DNA of 64,000 bases, taken from IMG/VR virus record IMGVR_UViG_3300027621_000003, positions 186,001-250,000 of that record. One strand, given 5' to 3'. Every line of letters begins with the position of its first letter. Position 1 is the stretch's first letter. Below, piece by piece: positions 1 to 9,391 of this stretch. Below the pieces are notes generated by a model. It worked only from the letters and a program-made list of their open reading frames with translations. It had not been told where the DNA came from and did no database searches. Made by a program: the position numbers and the translations under genes.

Positions 1-61
1 AGTAATCTTTTACAGAATTTTTTGATTCTTCCCTTAAGACCCTTTTGATTAGTTCCTTCAT
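1..61 (-). CDS. Hypothetical protein, runs off the window edge (MKELIKRVLREESK..., leader type B)
   Basis: Hand-translated. ATG at 61 is preceded by TATTTAT (66-72). N-terminus matches the MKDLIRKILxEE leader. Confidence 0.65.
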   Translation of the reverse strand, partial: MKELIKRVLREESKNSVKDY

Positions 62-74
62 ATCAATAAATACC

Positions 75-248
75 TTACATTACAAAACTATCTTCCAATA
101 ATTTAGTTACCCGTTTAATATGTCCCAAATGAACACCCCTATCTCCACCCATACGTTCCCTCATTTTCTTTTCAACATACATCTTCTCAATTTTGTCTGT
201 ATATACACGATACTCCGACATCATCTGAATTACGGTCTTTGTTTCCAT
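75..248 (-). CDS. Small hypothetical protein, 57 aa (METKTVIQMM...), absent from the ORF track
   Basis: Hand-translated open frame. TATCTTTG promoter element 4 nt upstream of the ATG. Confidence 0.6.
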   Translation of the reverse strand: METKTVIQMMSEYRVYTDKIEKMYVEKKMRERMGGDRGVHLGHIKRVTKLLEDSFVM

Positions 249-278
249 ATTACAAAGATACTAAATTAATGGGAAATA

Positions 279-305
279 AAAAACCCCTCGGTAATGGAGG
301 GGTTG
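279..305 (-). terminator. Intrinsic terminator
   Basis: ACCCCTC/GAGGGGT hairpin followed by a T-run on the minus strand. Related copies at ~682-707 and ~1627-1652. Confidence 0.6.
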
Positions 306-578
306 TTAACAATCTTCTTGGGAATTAATATAATATTGAATGATATAATCTTTTAGGTTTTGTTTTACAAAATCAATAACCTCTTCAGGTTGAATCCTTT
401 TAATACCCTCTAAATCTAAAAAGGTTTCCAATTCATAAATTACCCCAATATAAAAATAAGATTCATTTGAATAATCACAGGGGTACATATTATCCAATAC
501 AACATCCAATACTTTTTTAATATAATAAAACCTTCTTCTTAATGACGTGTTCTGTTCCTCAGTGATAATGATTTTCAT
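306..578 (-). CDS. Hypothetical phage protein, leader type A (MKIIITEEQ)
   Basis: ORF track; TATTTAT at 584-590. Confidence 0.75.
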   Translation of the reverse strand: MKIIITEEQNTSLRRRFYYIKKVLDVVLDNMYPCDYSNESYFYIGVIYELETFLDLEGIKRIQPEEVIDFVKQNLKDYIIQYYINSQEDC

Positions 579-610
579 ATTCCATAAATATACGGGAGGG
601 TAAAATAGGA

Positions 611-671
611 AAATTTTCCCAAAAATTCTATTTCACATATAGGGTATCTTCATAAGAAGGGGGGTCATGTT
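611..671. repeat. ~60-bp intergenic direct repeat, copy 1
   Basis: aaattttcc(c)aaaaattctatttcacatataggg..ta(t/c)cttcataagaaggggggtcatgtt also occurs at 1483-1544. Confidence 0.85.
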
Positions 672-728
672 TATAGGAAATAAAAAACCCCTCTGTTGGG
701 AGGGGTTCCAAGTATTTTTTTAAATGTA

Positions 729-1427
729 TTACCCACAAGGTACTACACTATCTTTAACCGTACTGGCAAACCAGTTAATTTGTAATGTATCATCTTTACG
801 TTGAATTATTTTATCAAAAGGAATTTTTACACAAACGTTATAAAGAAACTTTTGTTGAGGATATTTTTCGGTGCCTGCTTCATAAGAGTCCACATCATAA
901 TACTCTATTGATTCTGCTTTGATAATAATACCATCTTTGTCTTTACGGATAACTTTAGCACCCTCGATGTCTACGAACAACTCTCTTTTATCTCCCATTG
1001 TACTTGAATAAGTATATGACCTACCAATAATCATTTGTCTATTAGTGATAAGACGAATTACCGTACCAGGATTGTACATTGAATTTTGTTTCTGAGACTC
1101 ATCTTCTTGTTGATTAACCAATTTCATTATCAAATTATAATCAATATGATATTCATTCTGTAACCATTGGTCCAAGTTTTGACCATCTTGAACACCAAAT
1201 GCTTTTTTAACCCCTTCCCAATCCTGCTTGTTATTAATTCTGTTTACTATAGTTTGTTGAATGTTTTTTGCGGCGTCGCTTGTAACATTTAACCCCGTCA
1301 TCAATTCTTTGAAATAATCAGCAATTTCTTTGTAGTCTTGTGGGGTAAGTTTTTTGGCTTGTTCACTAATTACTCTTCTAACAATTCTTGTTAAATCTGA
1401 TTCTGTTAATCTTATAATTTTTTTCAT
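729..1427 (-). CDS. Hypothetical phage protein, leader type A (MKKIIRLTESDL)
   Basis: ORF track; TATTTAT at 1445-1451. Confidence 0.8.
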   Translation of the reverse strand: MKKIIRLTESDLTRIVRRVISEQAKKLTPQDYKEIADYFKELMTGLNVTSDAAKNIQQTIVNRINNKQDWEGVKKAFGVQDGQNLDQWLQNEYHIDYNLIMKLVNQQEDESQKQNSMYNPGTVIRLITNRQMIIGRSYTYSSTMGDKRELFVDIEGAKVIRKDKDGIIIKAESIEYYDVDSYEAGTEKYPQQKFLYNVCVKIPFDKIIQRKDDTLQINWFASTVKDSVVPCG

Positions 1428-1482
1428 ATTAATTTTCTTTAGTTATAAATATATTAAAAAGAGAAAAGGAGTATTTTTCCCA

Positions 1483-1544
1483 AAATTTTCCAAAAATTCT
1501 ATTTCACATATAGGGGGTACCTTCATAAGAAGGGGGGTCATGTT
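1483..1544. repeat. ~60-bp intergenic direct repeat, copy 2
   Basis: Near-identical to 611-671. Confidence 0.85.
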
Positions 1545-1669
1545 CCCGAACGGTATTTTTTATAACCATATGTCCCCCACCCATATAATATATTCCCGAA
1601 CGGGAAACAATTCAGGGATGGGCAATAAAAAACCCCTCTTTATGGGAGGGGGTCTTTAAATTAGTTTTA

Positions 1670-2029
1670 TTAATTATCAGGAGTAATCGGCATCGGTAAA
1701 TCAATTCCGATTTTTTTATCAGGAAGTACCTCACCCACCTTACTAAAGAATTTAGATGATGCCTTTTGAAAGTCTTGGTCATATACTTGAGCCAATATCT
1801 TCCCTGTTGTAATGTCAGTTAATTTAACGTAGGTTGCAAATACGTCTTTCCAAACACAAACCATGTATGGGGTTTTAGTCCCCGTCCCACCTGTTCCTGT
1901 ATTACTATTACATAAAGGATTCTCAGATGTTCCTTGTTGTTTTTGAGGTGTAGACTGTTCCACTAAGTATCTACCCTCTAATCTCTTGTTTGCGTCTTCC
2001 ATAGAAGACAATTTTCTATATGTACTCAT
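1670..2029 (-). CDS. Hypothetical phage protein
   Basis: ORF track; co-oriented with neighbours and followed by a terminator. Confidence 0.7.
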   Translation of the reverse strand: MSTYRKLSSMEDANKRLEGRYLVEQSTPQKQQGTSENPLCNSNTGTGGTGTKTPYMVCVWKDVFATYVKLTDITTGKILAQVYDQDFQKASSKFFSKVGEVLPDKKIGIDLPMPITPDN

Positions 2030-2041
2030 ATTTTTTTATTA

Positions 2042-2428
2042 TTACCAAGTTCTACATGCCCAATATCTTGGTTTCCATCTTGGACCAGGAGTATCACAAT
2101 TATGTCTTGCTCTAAAGTTCTTTCTTCTTTCAGGATTATTCTTTTTAATCCTCATTATTTTACCTTTGGCTGATTTTCCACCAAAACCAAAGTTTACCTT
2201 AACAACCTTACCTTTATCGTTCTTAACATATACTTTGGACTTTTTAATGTCACCCTGCATTATCTTACCCAACTGAACTTTTCTTCCCTGATATTCTGCT
2301 TCGGTTAATAAATCACCAATAACAAAATTGGTCTCTTCTACCGAACCATATCCATCTTCATATAAAAATGAATTCTCATTTTCTAATACTAATCTTTTAT
2401 ACTGAGACTCACTAATGATTATTTCCAT
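2042..2428 (-). CDS. Hypothetical protein, leader type A plus a basic RRKNFRARHNCD...RYWACRTW module seen in T4-like phages
   Basis: Start corrected to ATG 2428 (TATTTAT at 2434-2440); motif recognition. Confidence 0.75.
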   Translation of the reverse strand: MEIIISESQYKRLVLENENSFLYEDGYGSVEETNFVIGDLLTEAEYQGRKVQLGKIMQGDIKKSKVYVKNDKGKVVKVNFGFGGKSAKGKIMRIKKNNPERRKNFRARHNCDTPGPRWKPRYWACRTW

Positions 2429-2717
2429 ATTCAATAAATACCTCTTTCCCTAAAAAATTTCCAGAAAATTTCATCGTTAGTATTGTACCCCCAAAACCAC
2501 CTGTCAGAATGTCATATAGGGGGGGATACGGGAGGGGGGACCCCCACCATGGGGGGTGTGCCGTACTACAGGGGGGGAGTATAGTGTGGATAACTTATGT
2601 CCCCCTCCCCATGTGTCATAGTGTCATGTGGATAAGTAATGTCCCCGACTGATAAGGAGGTGGATAACTCCCCCCCTAAAAAAAAGGTGGGGGTTTGGTA
2701 GTGTCAAATAGATTACC

Positions 2718-2725
2718 TATCTTTG
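2718..2725 (+). promoter_or_regulatory. Bacteroidota-type -7 promoter element TATCTTTG
   Basis: Matches TAnnTTTG. TGTCA lies 16 nt upstream, the same spacing as for the copy at 2847-2854. Confidence 0.6.
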
Positions 2726-2858
2726 TATTATGATTCAGTTGTATACTGAACTTGGGCGTGGGGGCTTTCAGTGGTCACGGGAGAGTAGACTCCAACCTGC
2801 CTTATATTTTTTTTATAAGGTATTAGGAAATGTCAAAGGTATGTTGTACCTTTGTATT

Positions 2859-3236
2859 ATGATGAAGTTAATGGAATCCCCCACTCAGATTAAAAGACTT
2901 AATAAGATTATGAAGGATAGGATTATTACCTGTGGTGTTGTATCCTATTACTATGAGAACCTTAAGGGTTACTACTCCCTTCATGCTAACAAGGGGGACA
3001 ATTATACAACCCCCCATTTATACCTTAAGTTTAATATCACTGAGTGTACGGGTAAAAGACAATATGGTGATAAAGGAACATACCCCATCTTTAGGGGTCA
3101 TCGTAGAGTTAGGGGTATTAACTCTTCCATCATATATAACATTACCCAAGACGGTGTTAAACTATTCCTTAAACACTTTGGGGTTAAGTACTATGAACTT
3201 GGTAAGACTATGTTTGTTTGGCCCATTCAGAAATAG
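2859..3236 (+). CDS. Hypothetical protein (basic)
   Basis: Start corrected to ATG 2859, 4 nt after TACCTTTG (2847-2854). Confidence 0.6.
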   Translation: MMKLMESPTQIKRLNKIMKDRIITCGVVSYYYENLKGYYSLHANKGDNYTTPHLYLKFNITECTGKRQYGDKGTYPIFRGHRRVRGINSSIIYNITQDGVKLFLKHFGVKYYELGKTMFVWPIQK

Positions 3237-3582
3237 TCTCATAGGCTATTGATGATAGAGTTGTTCTTGTAATGTTGAAATCCCCCTCGTTAAGATGGAA
3301 GTGTTTGTGAAGTAATTCATGTAATGGTCTTAAGTCACAGTCCACCATCATCCATACATTCTGACTGAGGGGTTTATTTACAAATCCTTTCTTACCCTTC
3401 TCGAACCATACTATTGCCTCAGGTAATACATTCCCCCTATTTGGAACAAACCTAAGTATAATCCCCTTGGAACTTTCATCTACTTGGGGGGTATAATACT
3501 TCTGTACAATTAATCTTATGTTATGGTCCGTAACATTGGATGGTTCCATCTGTCTTTCGTATATCGGTTGGTCTTCACTCAT
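3208..3582 (-). CDS. Hypothetical protein
   Basis: Start corrected to MSEDQ at 3582; TATTTAT at 3590-3596. Confidence 0.6.
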   Translation of the reverse strand: MSEDQPIYERQMEPSNVTDHNIRLIVQKYYTPQVDESSKGIILRFVPNRGNVLPEAIVWFEKGKKGFVNKPLSQNVWMMVDCDLRPLHELLHKHFHLNEGDFNITRTTLSSIAYETISEWAKQT

Positions 3583-4272
3583 ATTGTTCATAAATATATA
3601 CTTATCCACACTTTTGTCCATACCTGACACCCTGTCAGTTCATAAAAAAATATGGGTTTGTGGATAACTTTGGGGGTAAAAATTTGGAATTGTCAAAATG
3701 TCAGTCCCCTCTTTCGCATGGGGATAATGCCTTCACAAGGTTTTAGTTTCCCCCACTTTCTCCCACAGGTGTATATTACCATAGTGTTATTCCCCCTGAC
3801 GCTATTGTAAGGACCAATTTATCCCCTCTGTTGACCCCTACAGAACCACTTTTTTCTATAGTGTTAAACCCCAGAGAATAATAGTTGTTATGGTCTACGA
3901 GGGCGGGAGACCCTTTAGGGTCCTTTAATCCCCCTTCAACGAGGGATGAAGTCCTTTTTTAAGATGACAACTAATGGACAACTTAAGTGGGTAATCTATT
4001 CCTGTCCCCTTAGTTCTATGGATATTATATATGGTGGTAAAAAGTGGGACATTATGTTTTGTATCTCATTCATCAGGTGAAACCTGACATTTACGATACA
4101 ACTAATCAGTCCCCCACTATTATCTATTCTATATGACATTACATATAATTGGTCGTAGACCAATACTTTTATATGTCATTACATATACGAAGATAACATA
4201 TCACCATCTCATTGTATCCATCTCCTTTAGTGGGGGACAAACTATAAGTGGGGGGTTCTTATTGTGGGGGAA

Positions 4273-4725
4273 TTACTTTTCCGTAATGGCCGTTACGGTA
4301 ATCGGTGTTACCATAGGTTCTAAGAAATTACAGAGGTCAGTAAGATATTTCATACACTCAGGGTCTTTCATACTACAATCTATAAGTTCTATCCTCTTAG
4401 GGTCTTCTAAGTACCATAGAGCAAGTTTGATTGACTTAACCTTAGTATCATATACATCACCGAACTCATGGTCATCATTATACCATCCTGTTTGGGTTTT
4501 TTGTTTAGTAAACTCTATAGAGAAGTTTAGGTTTGAACCATCGGTATAATGTTCAGGAACGTAATGAATATATACACCATTATCTTCTAATGTCTTATAT
4601 GTGTTTAATGTTACATCACCTATTAATTCCATAATCTGTCTTGTAAGATGACCTGCAGTTTTATAACCATCTAAATTCCATTGTATAATAAGATGTTCTA
4701 TTGTTGAATGTAATTCTTTATCCAT
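4273..4725 (-). CDS. Hypothetical protein
   Basis: ORF track; first ATG (MDKELH) at 4725. Confidence 0.6.
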   Translation of the reverse strand: MDKELHSTIEHLIIQWNLDGYKTAGHLTRQIMELIGDVTLNTYKTLEDNGVYIHYVPEHYTDGSNLNFSIEFTKQKTQTGWYNDDHEFGDVYDTKVKSIKLALWYLEDPKRIELIDCSMKDPECMKYLTDLCNFLEPMVTPITVTAITEK

Positions 4726-4938
4726 AGTGTTAATAATAATATATTCCCCCTGTTTAATCAAATCATATACGCATTTATCCGTATATATACGAATGAATAT
4801 CCGATTGGTTTATAGTTGTTAGTTTACTATAAACAGAATGAAGTAAAATTATGAATGAATGTGTGGAACGGAGTGAAACACCATGAGTGAGTAAATTTAC
4901 TTTATGATGTATCAAATCTTAATGATGCCGGGAACTGA

Positions 4939-5562
4939 TTATTCCCCCACCCTTTTTTCTTCTTTTTTTGGAACAATTACCGCATATTGTCCATTCCATT
5001 CAGATGCTGGTGGAATGTTTGGATTACCAGGGAATGCGGTTAACAATGAATAAACATTTCCGTTTTTAATACCTTGTAATATTTCATCATCTTCTTTAAC
5101 ATCATCAGGAAGATATTCTGGATTTGATTTTCTTATAATTAATGTTAATGTATCGGTCTTAAAATTATCTGAAGATTTGCTAGTATAAATTAAAGGGACT
5201 TCAATATCATTACCTCGTTCTTTTTTTGTTGTGGTAGTTTCTTTTGCGTCTTCATAATTTATTGCTTCATCATATGGTTTAACCAAATCATAACCAATAT
5301 TAGGAACGTTAACTTCAAACGCTCCACCTTCACCCAATTCATTATTTTCCAATGCCATATTAATAAAATTATTAATATCTTCATCAGTTATTCCTTCTTT
5401 AAAGGTTGAACCTGTTCCAAATTGATTGTGAGTTTTTATATGGTTTTTTGTATAATCGGCAACTAAAACAACATTTCCATCGTTTGATTGAATTTTATCT
5501 GTGGCTTCAATGATTAATCCCATCATTGATTTAATTCTGTCTATGTTTTCTTGCAATTTCAT
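4939..5562 (-). CDS. Leader type C protein with a toxin-RNase-like domain
   Basis: MKLQENIDRIKSMMGL leader; HIKTHN..GSTF ... LLTAFPG pattern; TATTTAT at 5568-5574. Confidence 0.55.
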   Translation of the reverse strand: MKLQENIDRIKSMMGLIIEATDKIQSNDGNVVLVADYTKNHIKTHNQFGTGSTFKEGITDEDINNFINMALENNELGEGGAFEVNVPNIGYDLVKPYDEAINYEDAKETTTTKKERGNDIEVPLIYTSKSSDNFKTDTLTLIIRKSNPEYLPDDVKEDDEILQGIKNGNVYSLLTAFPGNPNIPPASEWNGQYAVIVPKKEEKRVGE

Positions 5563-5624
5563 AATTAATAAATATGACACCCTACCCCTTTTTATTATAT
5601 TTACTTTTACCTATATTTATAGTT

Positions 5625-5930
5625 ATGGAAGCATCCACCGAAATGATTAAAAGAGTATTAGAACACTTGGTTTCACCTAAGTGGAATGGTATTGTGGAAT
5701 ATGAGATTGAACCTTCTACACACGATGATACAGGTGTAGAATACTACATGATAGATGTTATATTTGATATTGCTGGATATTGGGCGAAATATCACGCAGG
5801 TGAATATGATTATTCAGACCAAATGGATGCAGAGATTGAAGCTGATGTTAGAAATGCGGTGAAGTATTTGGGTATTAACACAACATTTGTAACAATATAT
5901 GTTAGGGATGAAGATGGAAATAATAAATAG
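5625..5930 (+). CDS. Hypothetical acidic protein, paralog of 10096-10368
   Basis: Start corrected (TATTTAT at 5614-5620). Shares the LxxLVxPK...(K/R)YL(G/S)I pattern. Confidence 0.7.
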   Translation: MEASTEMIKRVLEHLVSPKWNGIVEYEIEPSTHDDTGVEYYMIDVIFDIAGYWAKYHAGEYDYSDQMDAEIEADVRNAVKYLGINTTFVTIYVRDEDGNNK

Positions 5931-5938
5931 AATTACTA

Positions 5939-6277
5939 TTATGGACAAACATATTGATGCATAAGACGTAATCTTTCACCATATTTGTCTTTAGCATATT
6001 TCTCCATCATCCTATACGCTTTACCCCACTCAGGTGAACTATCATCCACACTTTCAAAGTAATCCCAATATATTGTGTTTAATGTTTTAGAAATTGTTGC
6101 CTCAATAAATTCATCCTCATCAATTTTACATATAGAATATTGGACATTGACTTCATCTGCAGATAGAAAGATTAAATCATCAACATTACTTATTCTTCTT
6201 TGTACGGCAGCCAAAAGATTGGACTCATTTAATCCCATCATCTCTTGTATTCTATTTACCTGTTCCTGTAAGTTCAT
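5939..6277 (-). CDS. Hypothetical protein, leader type C (MNLQEQVNRIQEMMGL)
   Basis: ORF track. Confidence 0.75.
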   Translation of the reverse strand: MNLQEQVNRIQEMMGLNESNLLAAVQRRISNVDDLIFLSADEVNVQYSICKIDEDEFIEATISKTLNTIYWDYFESVDDSSPEWGKAYRMMEKYAKDKYGERLRLMHQYVCP

Positions 6278-6753
6278 TTCTTCTTCTTTACACAGTTAGG
6301 ATATCTTTTACCAAACATTGTCTTCATACCTTTTTGAGTATAACCTGCCCAACATCTTTCAGTTAATTCCCCCTCTTTCATCTCTTGGGTTTTCTTTTTA
6401 GATTGTTCTTTCTTAGACTCAATATATTCAAACGCAGTCTTTAATCTTTTTTTAACTTCAGGGTCTTTTGCTCTTTCTAAGGCAACTCTTAATCTTTGAT
6501 GAATCAGATTAATAATCTGAGATTGTCTGGCATGTGATTTTGACTTGAAACTTTCTTTGTTTAATGTGTCAACAATATCTTGTTTTGTTCTAAACTTTAC
6601 AGATACAGTATCACTTGGATTTTCATCCGTATATAATCTTCTGTCAGAACCTTCAGGTTTTTTACCTGTTCCTGATTTTGGGTCATTTTCACTAATAACA
6701 CGTTTTACTAATGATATTAATTCTGATTCTGTTAATCTAACTATTTTTTTCAT
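6274..6753 (-). CDS. Modular hypothetical protein: leader A + DPKxGTGKKP..RRLYTDENP module + CWxGY..G.K...PNCV module
   Basis: Motifs recognised from T4-like phage proteins. Confidence 0.75.
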   Translation of the reverse strand: MKKIVRLTESELISLVKRVISENDPKSGTGKKPEGSDRRLYTDENPSDTVSVKFRTKQDIVDTLNKESFKSKSHARQSQIINLIHQRLRVALERAKDPEVKKRLKTAFEYIESKKEQSKKKTQEMKEGELTERCWAGYTQKGMKTMFGKRYPNCVKKKK

Positions 6754-6754
6754 A

Positions 6755-7534
6755 TTACTTTCTGTTGTAAGGTCTAAATCTCAATGGATTTGCTTTTATT
6801 GCTGACTTAGGAAATCTTAATCCTACTCCTTGTCGTCTTGCGTTTTTTAATGTTCTTGCGTATTCATCAAGTTCATCATTGTTTTCTTCTGCTTGAATAC
6901 CTTTAGTCTTATCTAAATTATCCTTTGGTATTTGTTTAATAATTGAAAAGTTATATCCCCAATAGTTTCCTTCATCACCAATACTTGATATTCTTAATGG
7001 ACGGCTATTCATTGTATCGGCAAATGTTGTCTCAGGATAATCATTTATTTTATCCAATTTATTTTTTATTTCATCCCAATCAACATCAACATAATCACCA
7101 TACTTTGTTAACATTTCATCAAACGAATCAAAACCATCTGCGAATCCTCTCCATCCACTATTGTAATAAGGTTTGTCATGTTTAACAAAGATATATTTAA
7201 TTCCTAATGGGTTTTTATCTTCATCCACATCCCTTCGTCTCTTCTCAAAGTATTGTCTTAGTTCTTCACCATAGTTGTCGTTTAGATACTCTTTTATTTC
7301 ATCCCAAGCCTTATGATAATCATCACCATACTCCTCAAATTCTCTTGGCATGATATCATACATGGCTTTGTGAATTGTTCTGAGTGTGGCCATATCTAAT
7401 TCTGTTGGTTCCTCTTTCTGAAACGCACCTATTCTATGTTTTTTAATTATACTGTCAATATTGCTGAAATCTATTCTGCGTTTTATTGACGGTGTAAGTT
7501 CTTCTTTTAATATTTTTCTAATTAAATCTTTCAT
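6755..7534 (-). CDS. Hypothetical protein, leader type B (MKDLIRKILKEE)
   Basis: ORF track. Confidence 0.75.
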   Translation of the reverse strand: MKDLIRKILKEELTPSIKRRIDFSNIDSIIKKHRIGAFQKEEPTELDMATLRTIHKAMYDIMPREFEEYGDDYHKAWDEIKEYLNDNYGEELRQYFEKRRRDVDEDKNPLGIKYIFVKHDKPYYNSGWRGFADGFDSFDEMLTKYGDYVDVDWDEIKNKLDKINDYPETTFADTMNSRPLRISSIGDEGNYWGYNFSIIKQIPKDNLDKTKGIQAEENNDELDEYARTLKNARRQGVGLRFPKSAIKANPLRFRPYNRK

Positions 7535-7536
7535 AA

Positions 7537-8070
7537 TTAATAAAAAGTTTTTACACCCATGTATTTTGATAAATCATATTTATCTATTATCTGTTTGAAG
7601 ATTTGTTGTCTATATCTTACACCTAATGTATTTTTTTTAGTAAGGAATGTATAACCAAATCCAGAATCTCCACTTGTTCCCAAAACTTTGTAATATGTTT
7701 GGTCATGAAGTCTTTGTGGTCTCAATCTGGCATTAAAATTAAATTCGTGACCGTTTTTTGAACCAAATATGAATTTCCCCAATTCTTTTTCATCCGAATG
7801 CCAAGATTTACTTTCGTCTATTCCAAGTTCATCAACTAACGCCTTATGTAAATATAAATTCATTCTATCCAAAGACATATAAGCAAGTGGTGTAGTTGTA
7901 TCTTCACTAAACTTAATAATGTCACCGTCATAAAGAATTTTAATTAAATTTTCAACTCCACCCATAACTCTGGCAGCAGTTTCTAATCCTGATTTTTTTA
8001 TCAGGGATTTAATGGCATCTTTTTTAGATTCAGTTTGTTCTCTTAATATTTTTCTAATTAAATCTTTCAT
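7537..8070 (-). CDS. Hypothetical protein, leader type B (MKDLIRKILREQ)
   Basis: Start corrected to 8070. Confidence 0.75.
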   Translation of the reverse strand: MKDLIRKILREQTESKKDAIKSLIKKSGLETAARVMGGVENLIKILYDGDIIKFSEDTTTPLAYMSLDRMNLYLHKALVDELGIDESKSWHSDEKELGKFIFGSKNGHEFNFNARLRPQRLHDQTYYKVLGTSGDSGFGYTFLTKKNTLGVRYRQQIFKQIIDKYDLSKYMGVKTFY

Positions 8071-8071
8071 A

Positions 8072-8437
8072 TTAGCAAAGGTGGTCATCTTTAATGTCCT
8101 GTATTAAATTACCGCCAGTAAATTTATCGGAATACTTATCGTTAAAATATTTAATTATTGCCTTATTAATTTCTTTTTTAGACACACCAAAAGACCTTCC
8201 ATATTGTGTTAATCTTTTCCAATTATCACAATCTGTTGAAACCCAAAGATTCCCAAATATATTCTTATGAAAAGATAAAAATTTACTATCAGGTTGGTAA
8301 AATCTGACATAACCATTACCATCATTTATAACAACAAAGTCTTTTAATACTCTATCAAAGAAATGACTTAAGACATTATAGTAATTGTCCTCGGTCATTA
8401 AATTGGAAAGTTGACTCTCCGTGATAATAATTTTCAT
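8072..8437 (-). CDS. Hypothetical protein, leader type A (MKIIITESQL)
   Basis: TATTTAT at 8442-8448. Confidence 0.75.
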   Translation of the reverse strand: MKIIITESQLSNLMTEDNYYNVLSHFFDRVLKDFVVINDGNGYVRFYQPDSKFLSFHKNIFGNLWVSTDCDNWKRLTQYGRSFGVSKKEINKAIIKYFNDKYSDKFTGGNLIQDIKDDHLC

Positions 8438-8451
8438 ATCTATAAATATAA

Positions 8452-8733
8452 CTACATAGATTTAAGGATTACTTCCAACATCTGAATTTTATCCTTATCT
8501 TCTTTTGTCTTCCTTGGTTTACTCTTGAGGTAACCAATCGCGTCCATTATTTCTTTTTGCTTAGCGTTAACCACAGGTGCAGTTTCTTTTGTAGTCACAG
8601 GTTTTCTTACACTCTTAGTCTTAGTTACGGTTGTCTTTGGTTTCTCATTATATAGGACATCCATCAACATTTTGGCTTTCCTTTCATCTTTGGTGATTGC
8701 TAGTATCAACAGGTATGTAAGTATCTTATCCAT
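8452..8733 (-). CDS. Hypothetical protein, paralog of 27882-28202
   Basis: Start corrected (TATCTTTG at 8738-8745). Shared C-terminal SKxxKTxxDKD motif. Confidence 0.65.
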   Translation of the reverse strand: MDKILTYLLILAITKDERKAKMLMDVLYNEKPKTTVTKTKSVRKPVTTKETAPVVNAKQKEIMDAIGYLKSKPRKTKEDKDKIQMLEVILKSM

Positions 8734-8802
8734 ACAACAAAGATACGAAAAAACCCCCACGTTGCCATGAGGGTTCAATATTATATTCATCAAGACTTTT
8801 TC

Positions 8803-9348
8803 TTATTTTGCTTGTTCAATGTTATAACTCTCAAGCATTTTGGCATATTCATCGGTATCTCTCCTCCTTATACTTTCTCTCTTTGCTAATTCTTGAATTT
8901 TTATAAGTCCATCTATGATTTGTTCTGGACGTGGAGGACAACCCGGTACATACACATCAACGGGAATTATGTTATCAATACCTTGAAGAACGCTATATGT
9001 ATCAAATATTCCACCAGAACAAGCACAAGCACCAACCGACAATACCCATTTAGGTTCAGCCATTTGGTCATATACCTGTTTGAGCACAGGACCCATCTTT
9101 TTTGATATAGTACCCATGACCATCAATAAATCTGTTTGTCGTGGAGTAAAAGACAAACGTTCAGAGCCAAATCTAGCCAAATCATAATTGGCTCCCATTG
9201 TCGCCATAAACTCAATTCCGCAACAGGATGTGGCAAAAGGCAAAGGCCAAAGAGAATTTGCTCGAGCCAATCCAATAACTTTATCAAATGAAGTGGCAAA
9301 GAAACCTTGTCCTTCTACTCCTTCGGGTGAATCAACGATTTTTACCAT
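8803..9348 (-). CDS. nuoB: NADH-quinone oxidoreductase subunit B
   Basis: [29 protein letters not shown] and [14 protein letters not shown] signature motifs. Confidence 0.95.
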   Translation of the reverse strand: MVKIVDSPEGVEGQGFFATSFDKVIGLARANSLWPLPFATSCCGIEFMATMGANYDLARFGSERLSFTPRQTDLLMVMGTISKKMGPVLKQVYDQMAEPKWVLSVGACACSGGIFDTYSVLQGIDNIIPVDVYVPGCPPRPEQIIDGLIKIQELAKRESIRRRDTDEYAKMLESYNIEQAK

Positions 9349-9391
9349 ACTTTATTATTTTTTATATAGTTACAAAGATACGAAAAACTCC

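Larger units (their letters stand above)
2450..4270. other. Putative replication origin or genome-terminus region
   Basis: Perfect DnaA boxes TGTGGATAA/TTATCCACA at 2585-2593, 2627-2635, 3602-3610 and 3659-3667, plus a 1-mismatch box at 2659-2667. Also G/C homopolymer runs, TGTCA-N3-TGTCA repeats, many GTGGG(G)/(C)CCCAC copies and low coding density. Confidence 0.55.
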
